Shown here: positions 8,731-16,016 of the stretch, one piece after another
How positions within the stretch are numbered: position 1 is the first letter of the stretch
Layout: every line of letters begins with the position of its first letter
Assembly (NCBI GenBank): GCA_031316235.1
Contig: JALDRA010000001.1
Span: 3,300,001-3,332,000 of the forward strand
DNA from: Candidatus Scalindua sp.
Lineage (GTDB): Bacteria; Planctomycetota; Brocadiia; Brocadiales; Scalinduaceae
Direction: 5' to 3'
DNA: 32,000 nt
Notes under the pieces: model-generated
What the model was told of the DNA's origin: nothing
Database searches by the model: none
Seen by the model: only the letters and a program-made list of their open reading frames with translations
Made by a program: the position numbers and the translations under genes

Positions 8731-9303
8731 ATGGAAACAGGTTCACAAACGTTAATCGCTAAAGCAGCATCTGCAATCTGGTGGACTGTTCTGCTAAGAG
8801 GAATATTGGCTGTCATAATCGGGATCATGTTTTTTTCTAACCCCGGGGCGACACTGGTTGTAATAATGATGTTCCTTGGTGCATACTGGTTAGTCGATGG
8901 TATATTTACACTCATTGCATCATTTTACGGAAAGAAAGTACATAAACACTGGGGCTGGGGAATGTTTGTTGCGATACTAAGTATCCTGGCAGGAATAGCA
9001 GTGTTCGCTCAACCAATAGCTGCTACACTTTTTACGACCACATTCCTTGTTTACTTTATGGGGTTTATGATACTTGCTTCAGGAATTTCATCAGTAGCAA
9101 CGGGTATCAAACTTCGTAAAACTTCAGGTGAATGGATGATGATTTTCGGTGGTGTGTTTGCCATACTGTTAGGTTTACTGTTATTATTTAATCCAATTTT
9201 TTCAGCAACATTTTTTGTTCTTTTGCTTGGCATTTTTACAATAATTGATGGTGTTTCATTAATCACAGTCTCATTCAGGATTCGTAAGTTCGGCAAAGCA
9301 TAA
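8731..9303 (+). CDS. HdeD/DUF308-family membrane protein
   Basis: Six hydrophobic helices with LLRGILAVIIGIMFFSNPGATL...GAYWLVDGIFTLI repeats typical of DUF308. Confidence 0.7.
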   Translation: METGSQTLIAKAASAIWWTVLLRGILAVIIGIMFFSNPGATLVVIMMFLGAYWLVDGIFTLIASFYGKKVHKHWGWGMFVAILSILAGIAVFAQPIAATLFTTTFLVYFMGFMILASGISSVATGIKLRKTSGEWMMIFGGVFAILLGLLLLFNPIFSATFFVLLLGIFTIIDGVSLITVSFRIRKFGKA

Positions 9304-9318
9304 ACTGAATCACAATTG

Positions 9319-9430
9319 TATACTCATCTTACAATGGTTTTCGGATAAAATCCGAGATAAAATTGAGCGAGTATACCTTCACCAAGATTTGGTTTCCGGT
9401 AAAACCGAAAACCAAATCGGTTTTAGTATA
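9319..9430 (+). repeat. MITE-like element, copy 3
   Basis: Near-identical to 5046-5157. It starts 16 nt after the hdeD-like stop. Confidence 0.8.
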
Positions 9431-9477
9431 TTAACAAGCACGCTGCTTTATGGTACGTCCTGGTAGAATTGCTTTGT
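9429..9477 (-). other. attC-like site, split by intron fragment A (weak)
   Basis: The plus strand reads TATTAAC-AAGCA...TGCTTTGT. The arms AACAAGCA and TGCTTTGT(T) are complementary. It ends in TTGT exactly at the intron 5' end. Confidence 0.35.
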
Positions 9478-9637
9478 GTACGCACAGAATGTGTATGAAC
9501 TAATAGTGTGAAAGTCCCTTTTGGTTTAACCACTGGGTTTCCGTTCAAGTACTGGATAAATGACCCCGGTTGTGTAGAGAAAGTCCAGATACTTATCCGG
9601 GGAGCTCATTTGGCATGCGATATTGCAGTTCATAGTG
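9478..9637 (+). ncRNA. Class C group II intron RNA fragment A (5' end plus distal domain I to J2/3, internally deleted)
   Basis: GTACGCACAGAATGTGTATGAACTAATAGTGTGAAAGTCCC ... GAGAAAGTCCAGATACTTATCCGGGGAGCTC...GCAGTTCATAGTG parallels fragments B and C. Confidence 0.55.
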
Positions 9638-9642
9638 TTTTT

Positions 9643-10096
9643 TTAATCGCCAATTCCTCCGAAAATGTATTCACAGGAACATCCTGAATATATATAATTG
9701 CCCCTTATAACGATAGTCCATCTCAACAGTGTCATTTTTCACTTCACCACCACAAAATGAACAGTCCCCAAATTTATGCATTGCTTCCTCCTTCCTTTGC
9801 CCTTGTTCTTTCATCAATCCATTTGGGCAGTTTAGGTATATAAACAGTTATTATTCTAAGCCATTTTATTAAGGTAAATCCGCAAACTATATGTATTGGC
9901 CGCTCCTCTGAATAGCCGAGAATAAGGCAGCTTGTACCCCTTGGATCATCAGGGTAAACTTCAATTATTTCACAATTAGAAATAACATTTTCAATATCTG
10001 AGTTTTTTATGTCTTCAGCATATCTTTCTTTCTCTGCATAAAACGTATTTCATATTCGTCACTTGAAAATTTTTCTCTGATTTCTCGAATATTCAT
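9643..10096 (-). pseudogene. Decayed duplicate of the DUF4258 toxin / YgiT zinc-finger antitoxin module
   Basis: Aligns with 12095-12662. Differences are a 111-nt deletion between CAGGAACAT direct repeats, a 1-nt deletion in the antitoxin part, and a 1-nt deletion near the toxin N-terminus. Confidence 0.7.
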
Positions 10097-10221
10097 ACAA
10101 TAGAATTTTTGAGATCACTAATCAAGATGTTACCCCAATCTTAGCTTCTTCATGGTTTCTCCAAAGTGTTTCCTTGTCCTATGCAGTCAAGAAGAGACCC
10201 CTTTATGACCCTTTATCTTAT

Positions 10222-10404
10222 TTAACAGTGTGTTATGCTTCCTTTAAGCGTATTTACCCACACGATTATCCGAATACCCATAATTGGTAAACGATTGTTA
10301 AATTTGCAATCCTCTATTTCATCATCATCATCTTTTGTACAGCCAAGTTTTGGATTCATTTTATCTCTTTGTGATTCAGAAAGATAAATCTCCCTCCTTG
10401 TCAT
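10222..10404 (-). CDS. Hypothetical 60-aa protein (weak call)
   Basis: Open frame only. Its stop lies in a GCATAAC box. Confidence 0.25.
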   Translation of the reverse strand: MTRREIYLSESQRDKMNPKLGCTKDDDDEIEDCKFNNRLPIMGIRIIVWVNTLKGSITHC

Positions 10405-10446
10405 TGAGATTGTTTTGGATATGGACTCTAAGTTATCTCTTTATTA

Positions 10447-10504
10447 GGATAACGATCAAACTCACCCGATTACGTAAGAGGTCGGGATGAGTAACCTTTT
10501 AGCT
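10447..10504 (-). other. Candidate attC site
   Basis: The minus strand reads AGCTAAA-aggtt-ACTCATCCCG-(14 nt)-CGGGTGAGT-ttgatc-GTTATCC, 58 nt. It starts 7 nt after the stop of the 160-aa ORF and has one extrahelical T. Confidence 0.35.
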
Positions 10505-10510
10505 GGATTT

Positions 10511-10993
10511 CTATGAAGAGTTTCCCAACCAATCACGTTTTGGTGGCTTAGGAAGTTGCTTACCTTTTTCACTTTCCGTATAAATCTGACAGTCTACTTT
10601 TATTGTTGTCCGCAATTTTGAAAATGCATCTCTGATGTCGTCTGGAGTTTTATCCGTATCACATAGAACCTCCCGCGCAATGTTTAAATCTTTTATTGCG
10701 TTAAATGACAAAAACATCGCTCCCCCTTTATCGTAATACCATTTAACAAGATCCAAATTAAGCTGTCGTCTTTGTTTATCACTAATATTTTTATCGCCCC
10801 AATATTTCGCACTCATTGTGTGCAACCATAGTTTCTGATACGCACTTACGCGCAAGTGGGCGATCTCTTTCAAAAATTCATCACGCGCCTTTCTTTTTTG
10901 TAAGAGCCAATTAAAGTAAAAACCAACAACAATAGCGAGCAGCGCTAGGAGTCCCTTATCAAGCAAAATCTTAAATAGTTCATCATGTTCCAT
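10511..10993 (-). CDS. Hypothetical membrane-anchored protein
   Basis: 160 aa with one N-terminal TM helix (GLLALLAIVVGFYFNWLL) followed by a helical soluble domain. I do not recognise the family. Confidence 0.5.
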   Translation of the reverse strand: MEHDELFKILLDKGLLALLAIVVGFYFNWLLQKRKARDEFLKEIAHLRVSAYQKLWLHTMSAKYWGDKNISDKQRRQLNLDLVKWYYDKGGAMFLSFNAIKDLNIAREVLCDTDKTPDDIRDAFSKLRTTIKVDCQIYTESEKGKQLPKPPKRDWLGNSS

Positions 10994-11087
10994 CTGGATT
11001 TCTCCAATTTGCCAAATAATTACATAGCTAACGCCTCACATACTCAATCACCACCTATGTGTTATGCTTGCAAGGGAGGCTAGAAGT

Positions 11088-11151
11088 GGCAGCCGTAATA
11101 AATATTAAACTGCGTGGTTATTGGTGGTTGGCTTAATGCGATTCGTTATGC
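11088..11151. repeat. Hairpin repeat H, copy 2
   Basis: Shares about 65 nt with 2041-2107 and ends in GTTATGC (11145-11151). A second GTTATGC lies at 11061-11067. Confidence 0.6.
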
Positions 11152-11181
11152 TTATTGTTTTGCCGTAGATTTTTGAGAAGA

Positions 11182-11467
11182 ACTAATAAACTTCATCATG
11201 TGTGCCAATATCAGCTAATAAAATATGGTCTTCCATTTCTTTTGAACTTTTCACGAAGTCAAATACAATTCGCATGTCATAATCTACAGTACATGCCCAT
11301 GATCCTAAAAGTTTTCCTTTTAGCTTATGTGTTTCTAGTTTTGGCGCAAAAGGATCTTTCTGTAATAGTCTTAAGGTGTCCGCTATAACCAGTTATAATT
11401 TTGGATTCTTCTTTAGTGTTCTTTATAACGCTCTTATGAATGTTTTGCCCCAAACAAGGGTCCTCAT
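11182..11467 (-). pseudogene. RelE/YafQ-type toxin pseudogene
   Basis: ..LVWGKTFIRAL*RTLKKNPKL*LVIADTLRLLQKDPFAPKLETHKLKGKLLGSWACTVDYDMRIVFDFV...ILLADIGTHDEVY*. There are in-frame TAA codons at 11422-11424 and 11392-11394. The ATG (11465-11467, ATGA overlap with the antitoxin stop) is one base out of frame; the length is 286 nt. Confidence 0.65.
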
Positions 11468-11685
11468 GGTGTAATCTCTTTCATTATGTCGTCAACTGAA
11501 CCTTTTCTGACTTCTCCTCGACTATATTCTTCTCTCGCTTCCTTTATATTTTCGGAAATTGTTTCTCGTCCTTTTTCGATTAATCGATTTTTCACAATAT
11601 TAATTAGATCCTGCTGCTGATAATCAGGAAAAGATTCTATTATATCCAAGGCTTCCTGAAATGAAACCGACTTCTGAACTTGCAT
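11464..11685 (-). CDS. Antitoxin, apparently intact, paired with the decayed RelE-like toxin
   Basis: Starting at Met41 (cat at 11683-11685) with AGGAGG 7 nt upstream gives MQVQKSVSFQEALDIIESFPDYQQQDLINIVKNRLIE...GSVDDIMKEI, 73 aa. Confidence 0.65.
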   Translation of the reverse strand: MQVQKSVSFQEALDIIESFPDYQQQDLINIVKNRLIEKGRETISENIKEAREEYSRGEVRKGSVDDIMKEITP

Positions 11686-11727
11686 AATTAAGACCTCCTG
11701 TAATAGTACAGTTAATTTAGTTTTAAA

Positions 11728-11786
11728 ACATAACGTTTGCAATTTCGAGGTCGCGTTTTTGCGGCGTTCTTCTCGAATTGCCTTGT
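11728..11786 (-). other. attC site, split by intron fragment B
   Basis: The plus strand reads ACATAAC-gttt-GCAATTTCGAG...CTCGAATTGC-CTTGT. The arms are complementary with one extrahelical T. On the minus strand it ends in GTTATGT. Confidence 0.5.
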
Positions 11787-12090
11787 GTAAGCCCGGCATG
11801 GGCATTAGCTATTGGGCTGAAAGTTCCCTATAGTAAGGAATATCATAACATAAACTATCAGTTGAAGGCAAGGGCAGCATATTGAGGTGATGTCTAAAGG
11901 AAGTGTAAAACAAAGCAGCGAGCTGACGAACAGAAACCTGGTGTAAGGCTAACCACTCAGAGGTGAGTCTGCACAATATGACAAAACCCTGTAGCTAGGG
12001 GGAAACGGTAAAAGACCTGGTTGTTTAGAGAAAGTTCACATACTTATCCGGGGAGATCTTTTCGGCATGCGATGTTGCAGTTCATAGTGG
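11787..12090 (+). ncRNA. Class C group II intron RNA fragment B (domain I to J2/3; degenerate GTAAG 5' end)
   Basis: GTAAGCCCGGCATGGGCATTAGCTATTGGGCTGAAAGTTCCC...TTGAAGGCAAGG...AAAGGAAG...GAGAAAGTTCACATACTTATCCGGGGAGATC...GCAGTTCATAGTGG closely parallels the remembered Oceanobacillus iheyensis IIC intron. No D5/D6 and no RT ORF. Confidence 0.7.
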
Positions 12091-12094
12091 TTTT

Positions 12095-12346
12095 TTAAAA
12101 CGTCAGTTCCTCCGAAAATTTATTCACAGGAACATTAATGGTTTTCTTCCATTGATTCTTTGCTTGGATTCTACGTTCTATTTCTTTCGATACTTTTCCA
12201 ATAAGATATTTTTCCCCACATTGTTGACAAACTCCAGCAGGAACATCCTGAAAGATATATAATTGCCCCTTATAACGATAGTCCATCTCAACAGTGTCAT
12301 TTTTCACTTCACCACCACAAAATGAACAGTCCCCAAATTTATGCAT
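12095..12346 (-). CDS. YgiT-type zinc-finger antitoxin (MqsA N-domain-like)
   Basis: MHKFGDCSFCGG...VPAGVCQQCGEKY has two CxxC pairs. GGAGG lies 6 nt upstream of the Met at 12346. Confidence 0.7.
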   Translation of the reverse strand: MHKFGDCSFCGGEVKNDTVEMDYRYKGQLYIFQDVPAGVCQQCGEKYLIGKVSKEIERRIQAKNQWKKTINVPVNKFSEELTF

Positions 12347-12662
12347 TGCTTCCTCCTTCCTTTGCCCTTGTTCTTTCATCAATCCATTTGGGCAGTTTAG
12401 GTATATAAACAGTTATTATTCTAAGCCATTTTATTAAGGTAAATCCGCAAACTATATGTATTGGCCGCTCCTCTGAATAGCCGAGAATAAGACAGCTTGT
12501 GCCCCTTGGATCATCAGGATAAACTTCAATTATTTCACAATTAGAAATAACATTTTCAATATCGGAGTTTTTTATGTCTTCAGCATATCTTTCTTTTTCT
12601 GCATGAAAACTTATTTCATATTCGTCACTTGAAAATTTTTCTCTGATTTCTCGAATATTCAT
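12339..12662 (-). CDS. DUF4258-family toxin
   Basis: FHAEKERYAEDIKNSDIENVISNCEIIEVYPDDPRGTSCLILGYSEERPIHIVCGF...LRIITVYIP matches the DUF4258 pattern and overlaps the antitoxin start. Confidence 0.65.
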   Translation of the reverse strand: MNIREIREKFSSDEYEISFHAEKERYAEDIKNSDIENVISNCEIIEVYPDDPRGTSCLILGYSEERPIHIVCGFTLIKWLRIITVYIPKLPKWIDERTRAKEGGSNA

Positions 12663-12737
12663 ACAATAGGATTATAAACCTTCTGAAACTTATTTGCTAT
12701 TGCGTTTTTGCCTTTTGTTCATTGTTGTTAATCTGTT

Positions 12738-12820
12738 GCCTGACGATGAAGTAAGAGGCGAGCCTAAAGTCTTGACCGTCAGGCCAGTGCGTTTTTTTGC
12801 GTCGGCTGAATTTTACTTGT
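12738..12820 (-). other. attC site, split by intron fragment C
   Basis: The plus strand starts GCCTGACGA (the intact site starts GCCTAACGA), contains TTTGCGTCGG (intact site TTTGCGTCCG), and ends CTTGT at the intron 5' GTGTG. Confidence 0.5.
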
Positions 12821-13150
12821 GTGTGCCCGGCATGGGCATGATCTAGTGAGCTGAAAGTCCTCTGTACATTTTCCGGTATGTTTAATGACTAAAATTACTA
12901 TCCGAAAGCAAGAGCTAAAGGGTTGCCTGAGTTTGAAGGAAGCCAGAGATCAAATCTGCGAGCCGACCTGCCTGCGTGTGGACGCACAGGCAGGCAGAAA
13001 GGTCATATTAGGATTAGCTTCCTGGCGAGTTCGCACAACATAACGAAGCCCAGTGATTCAGGAGGTAGGGTAAATGATCCGGTTGTGTAGAGAAAGTCCA
13101 CATACTTATCCGGGGAGATCTTTTTGGCGTGCGATGTAGTAGTCTGTATA
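12821..13150 (+). ncRNA. Class C group II intron RNA fragment C (canonical GTGTG 5' end, domain I to J2/3)
   Basis: GTGTGCCCGGCATGGGCATGATCTAGTGAGCTGAAAGTCC...TTTGAAGGAAGCC...GAGAAAGTCCACATACTTATCCGGGGAGATC...GTAGTAGTCTGTATA. A possible D3/D4 stub continues to about 13210. Confidence 0.7.
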
Positions 13151-13211
13151 TTAAATTTACCAGTCAGGAGACTGGTTGAGCAAGACTGACAAATAAAGCA
13201 TCACATCTTGA

Positions 13212-13646
13212 TTAGTCATTATACTCATTTTTGAGCTCACTAATCAAGATGTGACCCCAATCTTGTTCTAGATCGCCAATAAACATTTTTGCACCGTCAA
13301 AAATGGTGTAACCGCTTTTCGTTTGCGTATAAAAGACTTTACGATTTTCAATATCTATTCCCCACGATTCAACCACACCTTTGTAACTACCGCTCATGTA
13401 TACACCAACTATTAATTGTGGAGTGACTTCCTTAAAAGATATCTCTTCACTTCCTGTAACGGAACTTTTATTACCATTGATGCTTATATGGATTTTTTTA
13501 TTGGATAATCCATCTTCATGAATGTTAAATTTGTCAGCCGCATTACTACCATATCCTTTAAATCCAGAGGCTATCCAGCATTCAGCAAATGCATTATTGG
13601 CAATTAATAAAAGTAGCAAAGTGATCGTGATGGAAACAATTTTCAT
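13212..13646 (-). CDS. Secreted hypothetical protein
   Basis: The Met at 13646 is preceded by AGGAG. Signal peptide MKIVSITITLLLLLIANNAFA-ECW. 144 aa, family not recognised. Confidence 0.55.
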   Translation of the reverse strand: MKIVSITITLLLLLIANNAFAECWIASGFKGYGSNAADKFNIHEDGLSNKKIHISINGNKSSVTGSEEISFKEVTPQLIVGVYMSGSYKGVVESWGIDIENRKVFYTQTKSGYTIFDGAKMFIGDLEQDWGHILISELKNEYND

Positions 13647-13888
13647 ATTAGTTCTCCTGATAACGTCACGTATAAGTCGCTGCCACCTATGTGCTATCAT
13701 TAATAACAGAGGTTTGGAGCGGCAGCTTCAAAAATGATAAATCGCTGATGTATTGGCAGTCGACCTTCAGGCGCTTGTTAGGCTATGATGCTATGTAGAT
13801 TCTTCATGGTGTTGTTACAATAATTAGACTTTTTATAACTTATTCGTCCTTATGCTAGTTCCTCAGCCTCTCTTATAGCATCAATATG

Positions 13889-14119
13889 TCATGTTTGTGT
13901 AATTAATCTCGAATGTGCAATCTCTTTGGCATCAGTAGGCCGGACTTGGTTGGCTAGTAATGTGACCACCGCTAACATTGAACCATCGGTAGCTGTAAAT
14001 TCAATCTCATAACCAGCCCCTTTTTTATGAATCAACACGATAGTTCCAATATCTCCGGCTAATAGCCCGTGCTCAGGAACATCGGTTGTAAGAATAACAT
14101 CATCCAATTCTTTAATCAT
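13889..14119 (-). CDS. DUF4926-family protein
   Basis: MIKELDDVILTTDVPEHGLLAGDIGTIVLIHKKGAGYEIEFTATDG fits the DUF4926 pattern. It overlaps the upstream gene by 4 nt. Confidence 0.6.
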   Translation of the reverse strand: MIKELDDVILTTDVPEHGLLAGDIGTIVLIHKKGAGYEIEFTATDGSMLAVVTLLANQVRPTDAKEIAHSRLITQT

Positions 14120-14463
14120 TTTTTCTCCTTTTTTAATGGATGGGCGGTAACGAATCTAGGAGAGTCTCCATCATCATCTATAAACCACACCGTGCGTACA
14201 TTCAATAAAGAACCATCGGGAGATTTCATGAATCCGTCGATAATGTATTTAGTGCCAAATATTGTACGTTTAATACCAGAAATCTCATTTTCTTTTGCGT
14301 GGTGAATCAATGATTTTACTACTTCCTCCCATTTTTCTCTAACAAATCCGAATGACATAAAAAATTTGGCTTTTGCCTTTCCAGCTCTGCTCGAACTTGA
14401 GAGCAGATAGTCCGTAATCTTTTCACTCGGAATTTCAGCATTTTGAACATTTGGTAATTTCAT
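14116..14463 (-). CDS. DUF6883-like protein, partner of DUF4926
   Basis: From Met35: MKLPNVQNAEIPSEKITDYLLSSSSRAGKAKAKFFMSFGFV... (KxxDYLLxxxHxxGxxKAxFF-type motif). Confidence 0.55.
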   Translation of the reverse strand: MKLPNVQNAEIPSEKITDYLLSSSSRAGKAKAKFFMSFGFVREKWEEVVKSLIHHAKENEISGIKRTIFGTKYIIDGFMKSPDGSLLNVRTVWFIDDDGDSPRFVTAHPLKKEKK

Positions 14464-14696
14464 TAGATTCTCATAGTTCTTCCGATATGAAATTATAAGG
14501 ATGTGAAAAGTGAAGTTGCAAGTTAAAAATGTGCTAAATAATTTTTTAGAGAAATAGGGACTCAAGACTATAGGGTTCTTTCAGATTATATCATACTTTA
14601 ATGCCTCTATTATCCCCACATCTTTTTTCACCACTAATCAAAGCGATCCAACAATTCGATCCAGATGCTGGTTAGGTGAACAGTCCAATTCTCAAT

Positions 14697-15032
14697 CTAT
14701 TCCTTGTGCACTATGATGCCGCAGTATTCATTCTCGTTTATTCCCTCGTGAAACCTTCCACGCAACCATCGTTCCGTTCCATCACGTGCGGTGTTGTATA
14801 TGGCGCCGATACCATGTTCTCCACCATCAATGTGAATTTTTACTCTGCATCTCATACACGTAAGCCACAGCCATGTATCGGTTAGATGAGTTTCCATTGC
14901 GCCACTACCACAAGCAGCATGGTAGATGCGAAGTTTTTCGGGTGCAAGATTTTCCTCGTTTTGCATGGCCGCCACTTTGATCACGAAAGGTGGTCTTGAA
15001 TCTTTGCCAATGAGCCAATCAAAAAGTCCCAT
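14697..15032 (-). CDS. Hypothetical 111-aa protein (cassette ORF)
   Basis: AGGAGG lies 8 nt upstream of the ATG. Local GC is higher than the neighbours. It has Cys/His clusters (HAACGSG, CMRCRVKIH). Family not recognised. Confidence 0.5.
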   Translation of the reverse strand: MGLFDWLIGKDSRPPFVIKVAAMQNEENLAPEKLRIYHAACGSGAMETHLTDTWLWLTCMRCRVKIHIDGGEHGIGAIYNTARDGTERWLRGRFHEGINENEYCGIIVHKE

Positions 15033-15047
15033 GTCTTAATCCTCCTC

Positions 15048-15119
15048 GCCTAACGACCAAGCTGTGCGGCGCAAACGAAGCGCAGCGTAGTTTGCGTCCG
15101 AACGAGCGCCTTGTTAGCC
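15048..15119 (-). other. Intact attC-like recombination site
   Basis: The minus strand reads GGCTAAC-aaggcgctcgttcggacgcaaac-(13 nt)-gtttgcgccgcacagcttggtc-GTTAGGC, a 72-nt imperfect palindrome with unpaired bases. The TAA stop of the upstream ORF lies inside the first box. Confidence 0.6.
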
Positions 15120-16016
15120 ATTTGGACCATCATATTTTTGGTCAAATATCATAAATATTCTGCTGTTAACTCTTTCGATCCAATCAAGGATGTTCTGCAT
15201 ATTCTCGTCATAACAGTCTATTCGTTTTAACCAGAGCCTGTATGATTCATTGCAAAATCTGAGTGTAGGCGTGATATATCTTACATCAGCCTCATGATAA
15301 AAGGGATATACAGAGAATGTTGCATCTTCATTCTTTTGAAGGCACCAATCCATAGATTCGTTCCATGAGCCGTGTATGGATTCAGACATCATCCCATAGG
15401 TATATTTATACAAATCCTCATCTGTAATTTCCTTGAATATTTCGAAGAAGGTCTTCCCTTGAAGCCTCCATCGATTTTTCTTTTGTATTTTAAAATCATC
15501 TTCTGTGAAGCCTTCCAACTCCATTTTTTCCTGAACCGATTTTAGTAGGCGCTTCCCTGCCTTTGTCTCAAAAAACCGAGAGCCCTCTTTTAGTTCGCGC
15601 AATATTCTTAATCGGTCTTTATATGAACATTTTCTGTAATCTTCTATGACAGCAGTACCACTTAGCAGTAAATATTCTGCTGTTATTGCTGCTTCGATCA
15701 GTGGCCGTTCTAAGATGCTAATGATTTCAGCGTTATTTTTTTCGTAGTAACCAACGATTTCTTTAAGTAGCTTCCATATCCTAGTTAACAACCCCAAAAT
15801 AGGAGCATCTTCTAGATCGAAACCAGTAGGGTTTCGCTCAATATTACGTATCCTTGTAATACAGTCATAAATCTCCGCCACATCCTTTACGAAAGTACCA
15901 GTAAACTTATTGATATCGTCGAGTGATCTCAAGCTATCTGAGACATAGGCTTCATCATAACTACTGATAATTGTTTCTATTTCGTCCATGCTTGCGCTTA
16001 TTTGTATGGCTAACAT
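15114..16016 (-). CDS. Hypothetical 300-aa all-helical protein (possibly DUF5677-like)
   Basis: Long clean ORF. Contains MSESIHGSWNESMDW and repeated helical segments. The family assignment is only a faint recollection. Confidence 0.55.
   Translation of the reverse strand: MLAIQISASMDEIETIISSYDEAYVSDSLRSLDDINKFTGTFVKDVAEIYDCITRIRNIERNPTGFDLEDAPILGLLTRIWKLLKEIVGYYEKNNAEIISILERPLIEAAITAEYLLLSGTAVIEDYRKCSYKDRLRILRELKEGSRFFETKAGKRLLKSVQEKMELEGFTEDDFKIQKKNRWRLQGKTFFEIFKEITDEDLYKYTYGMMSESIHGSWNESMDWCLQKNEDATFSVYPFYHEADVRYITPTLRFCNESYRLWLKRIDCYDENMQNILDWIERVNSRIFMIFDQKYDGPNG

Noticed and set aside
3833-9430. The repeated 112-nt elements as a CRISPR-like array
   Set aside because: The copies are kilobases apart with irregular spacing and genes between them. 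They have internal palindromes and terminal inverted ends.
11155-11388. 77-aa plus-strand ORF
   Set aside because: It is antisense to the clearly recognisable RelE-like pseudogene and its composition is low-complexity.
11392-11424. In-frame TAA codons as evidence for stop-codon reassignment
   Set aside because: TAA terminates well-supported genes in the window (for example pgk at 8601-8603 and the 300-aa ORF at 15114-15116). The same gene also has a frameshift.
11686-11805. N-terminal 40 codons of the listed 113-aa ORF (MPMPGLHKAIREERRK...)
   Set aside because: This part runs through the attC site and the first bases of intron fragment B. An internal Met with AGGAGG gives the conserved antitoxin.
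12663-12820. Idea that the DUF4258/YgiT module sits inside domain IV of one large intron, with D5/D6 located here
   Set aside because: There is no 34-nt D5-like hairpin with a catalytic triad and bulge. The segment instead aligns end to end with the intact attC at 15048-15119 and is followed by a new intron 5' end.
13088-13110. AGAGAAAGTCC motif suggesting RNase P RNA
   Set aside because: The surrounding sequence lacks the P4 partner and other RNase P hallmarks. The motif is explained by group II intron domain I.
14464-14565. N-terminal extension of the DUF6883-like ORF. Similar extensions occur at 13647-13700, 4541-4633 and 12347-12382.
   Set aside because: The extensions are hydrophobic or low-complexity with no RBS, and internal starts carry RBS-like sequences.
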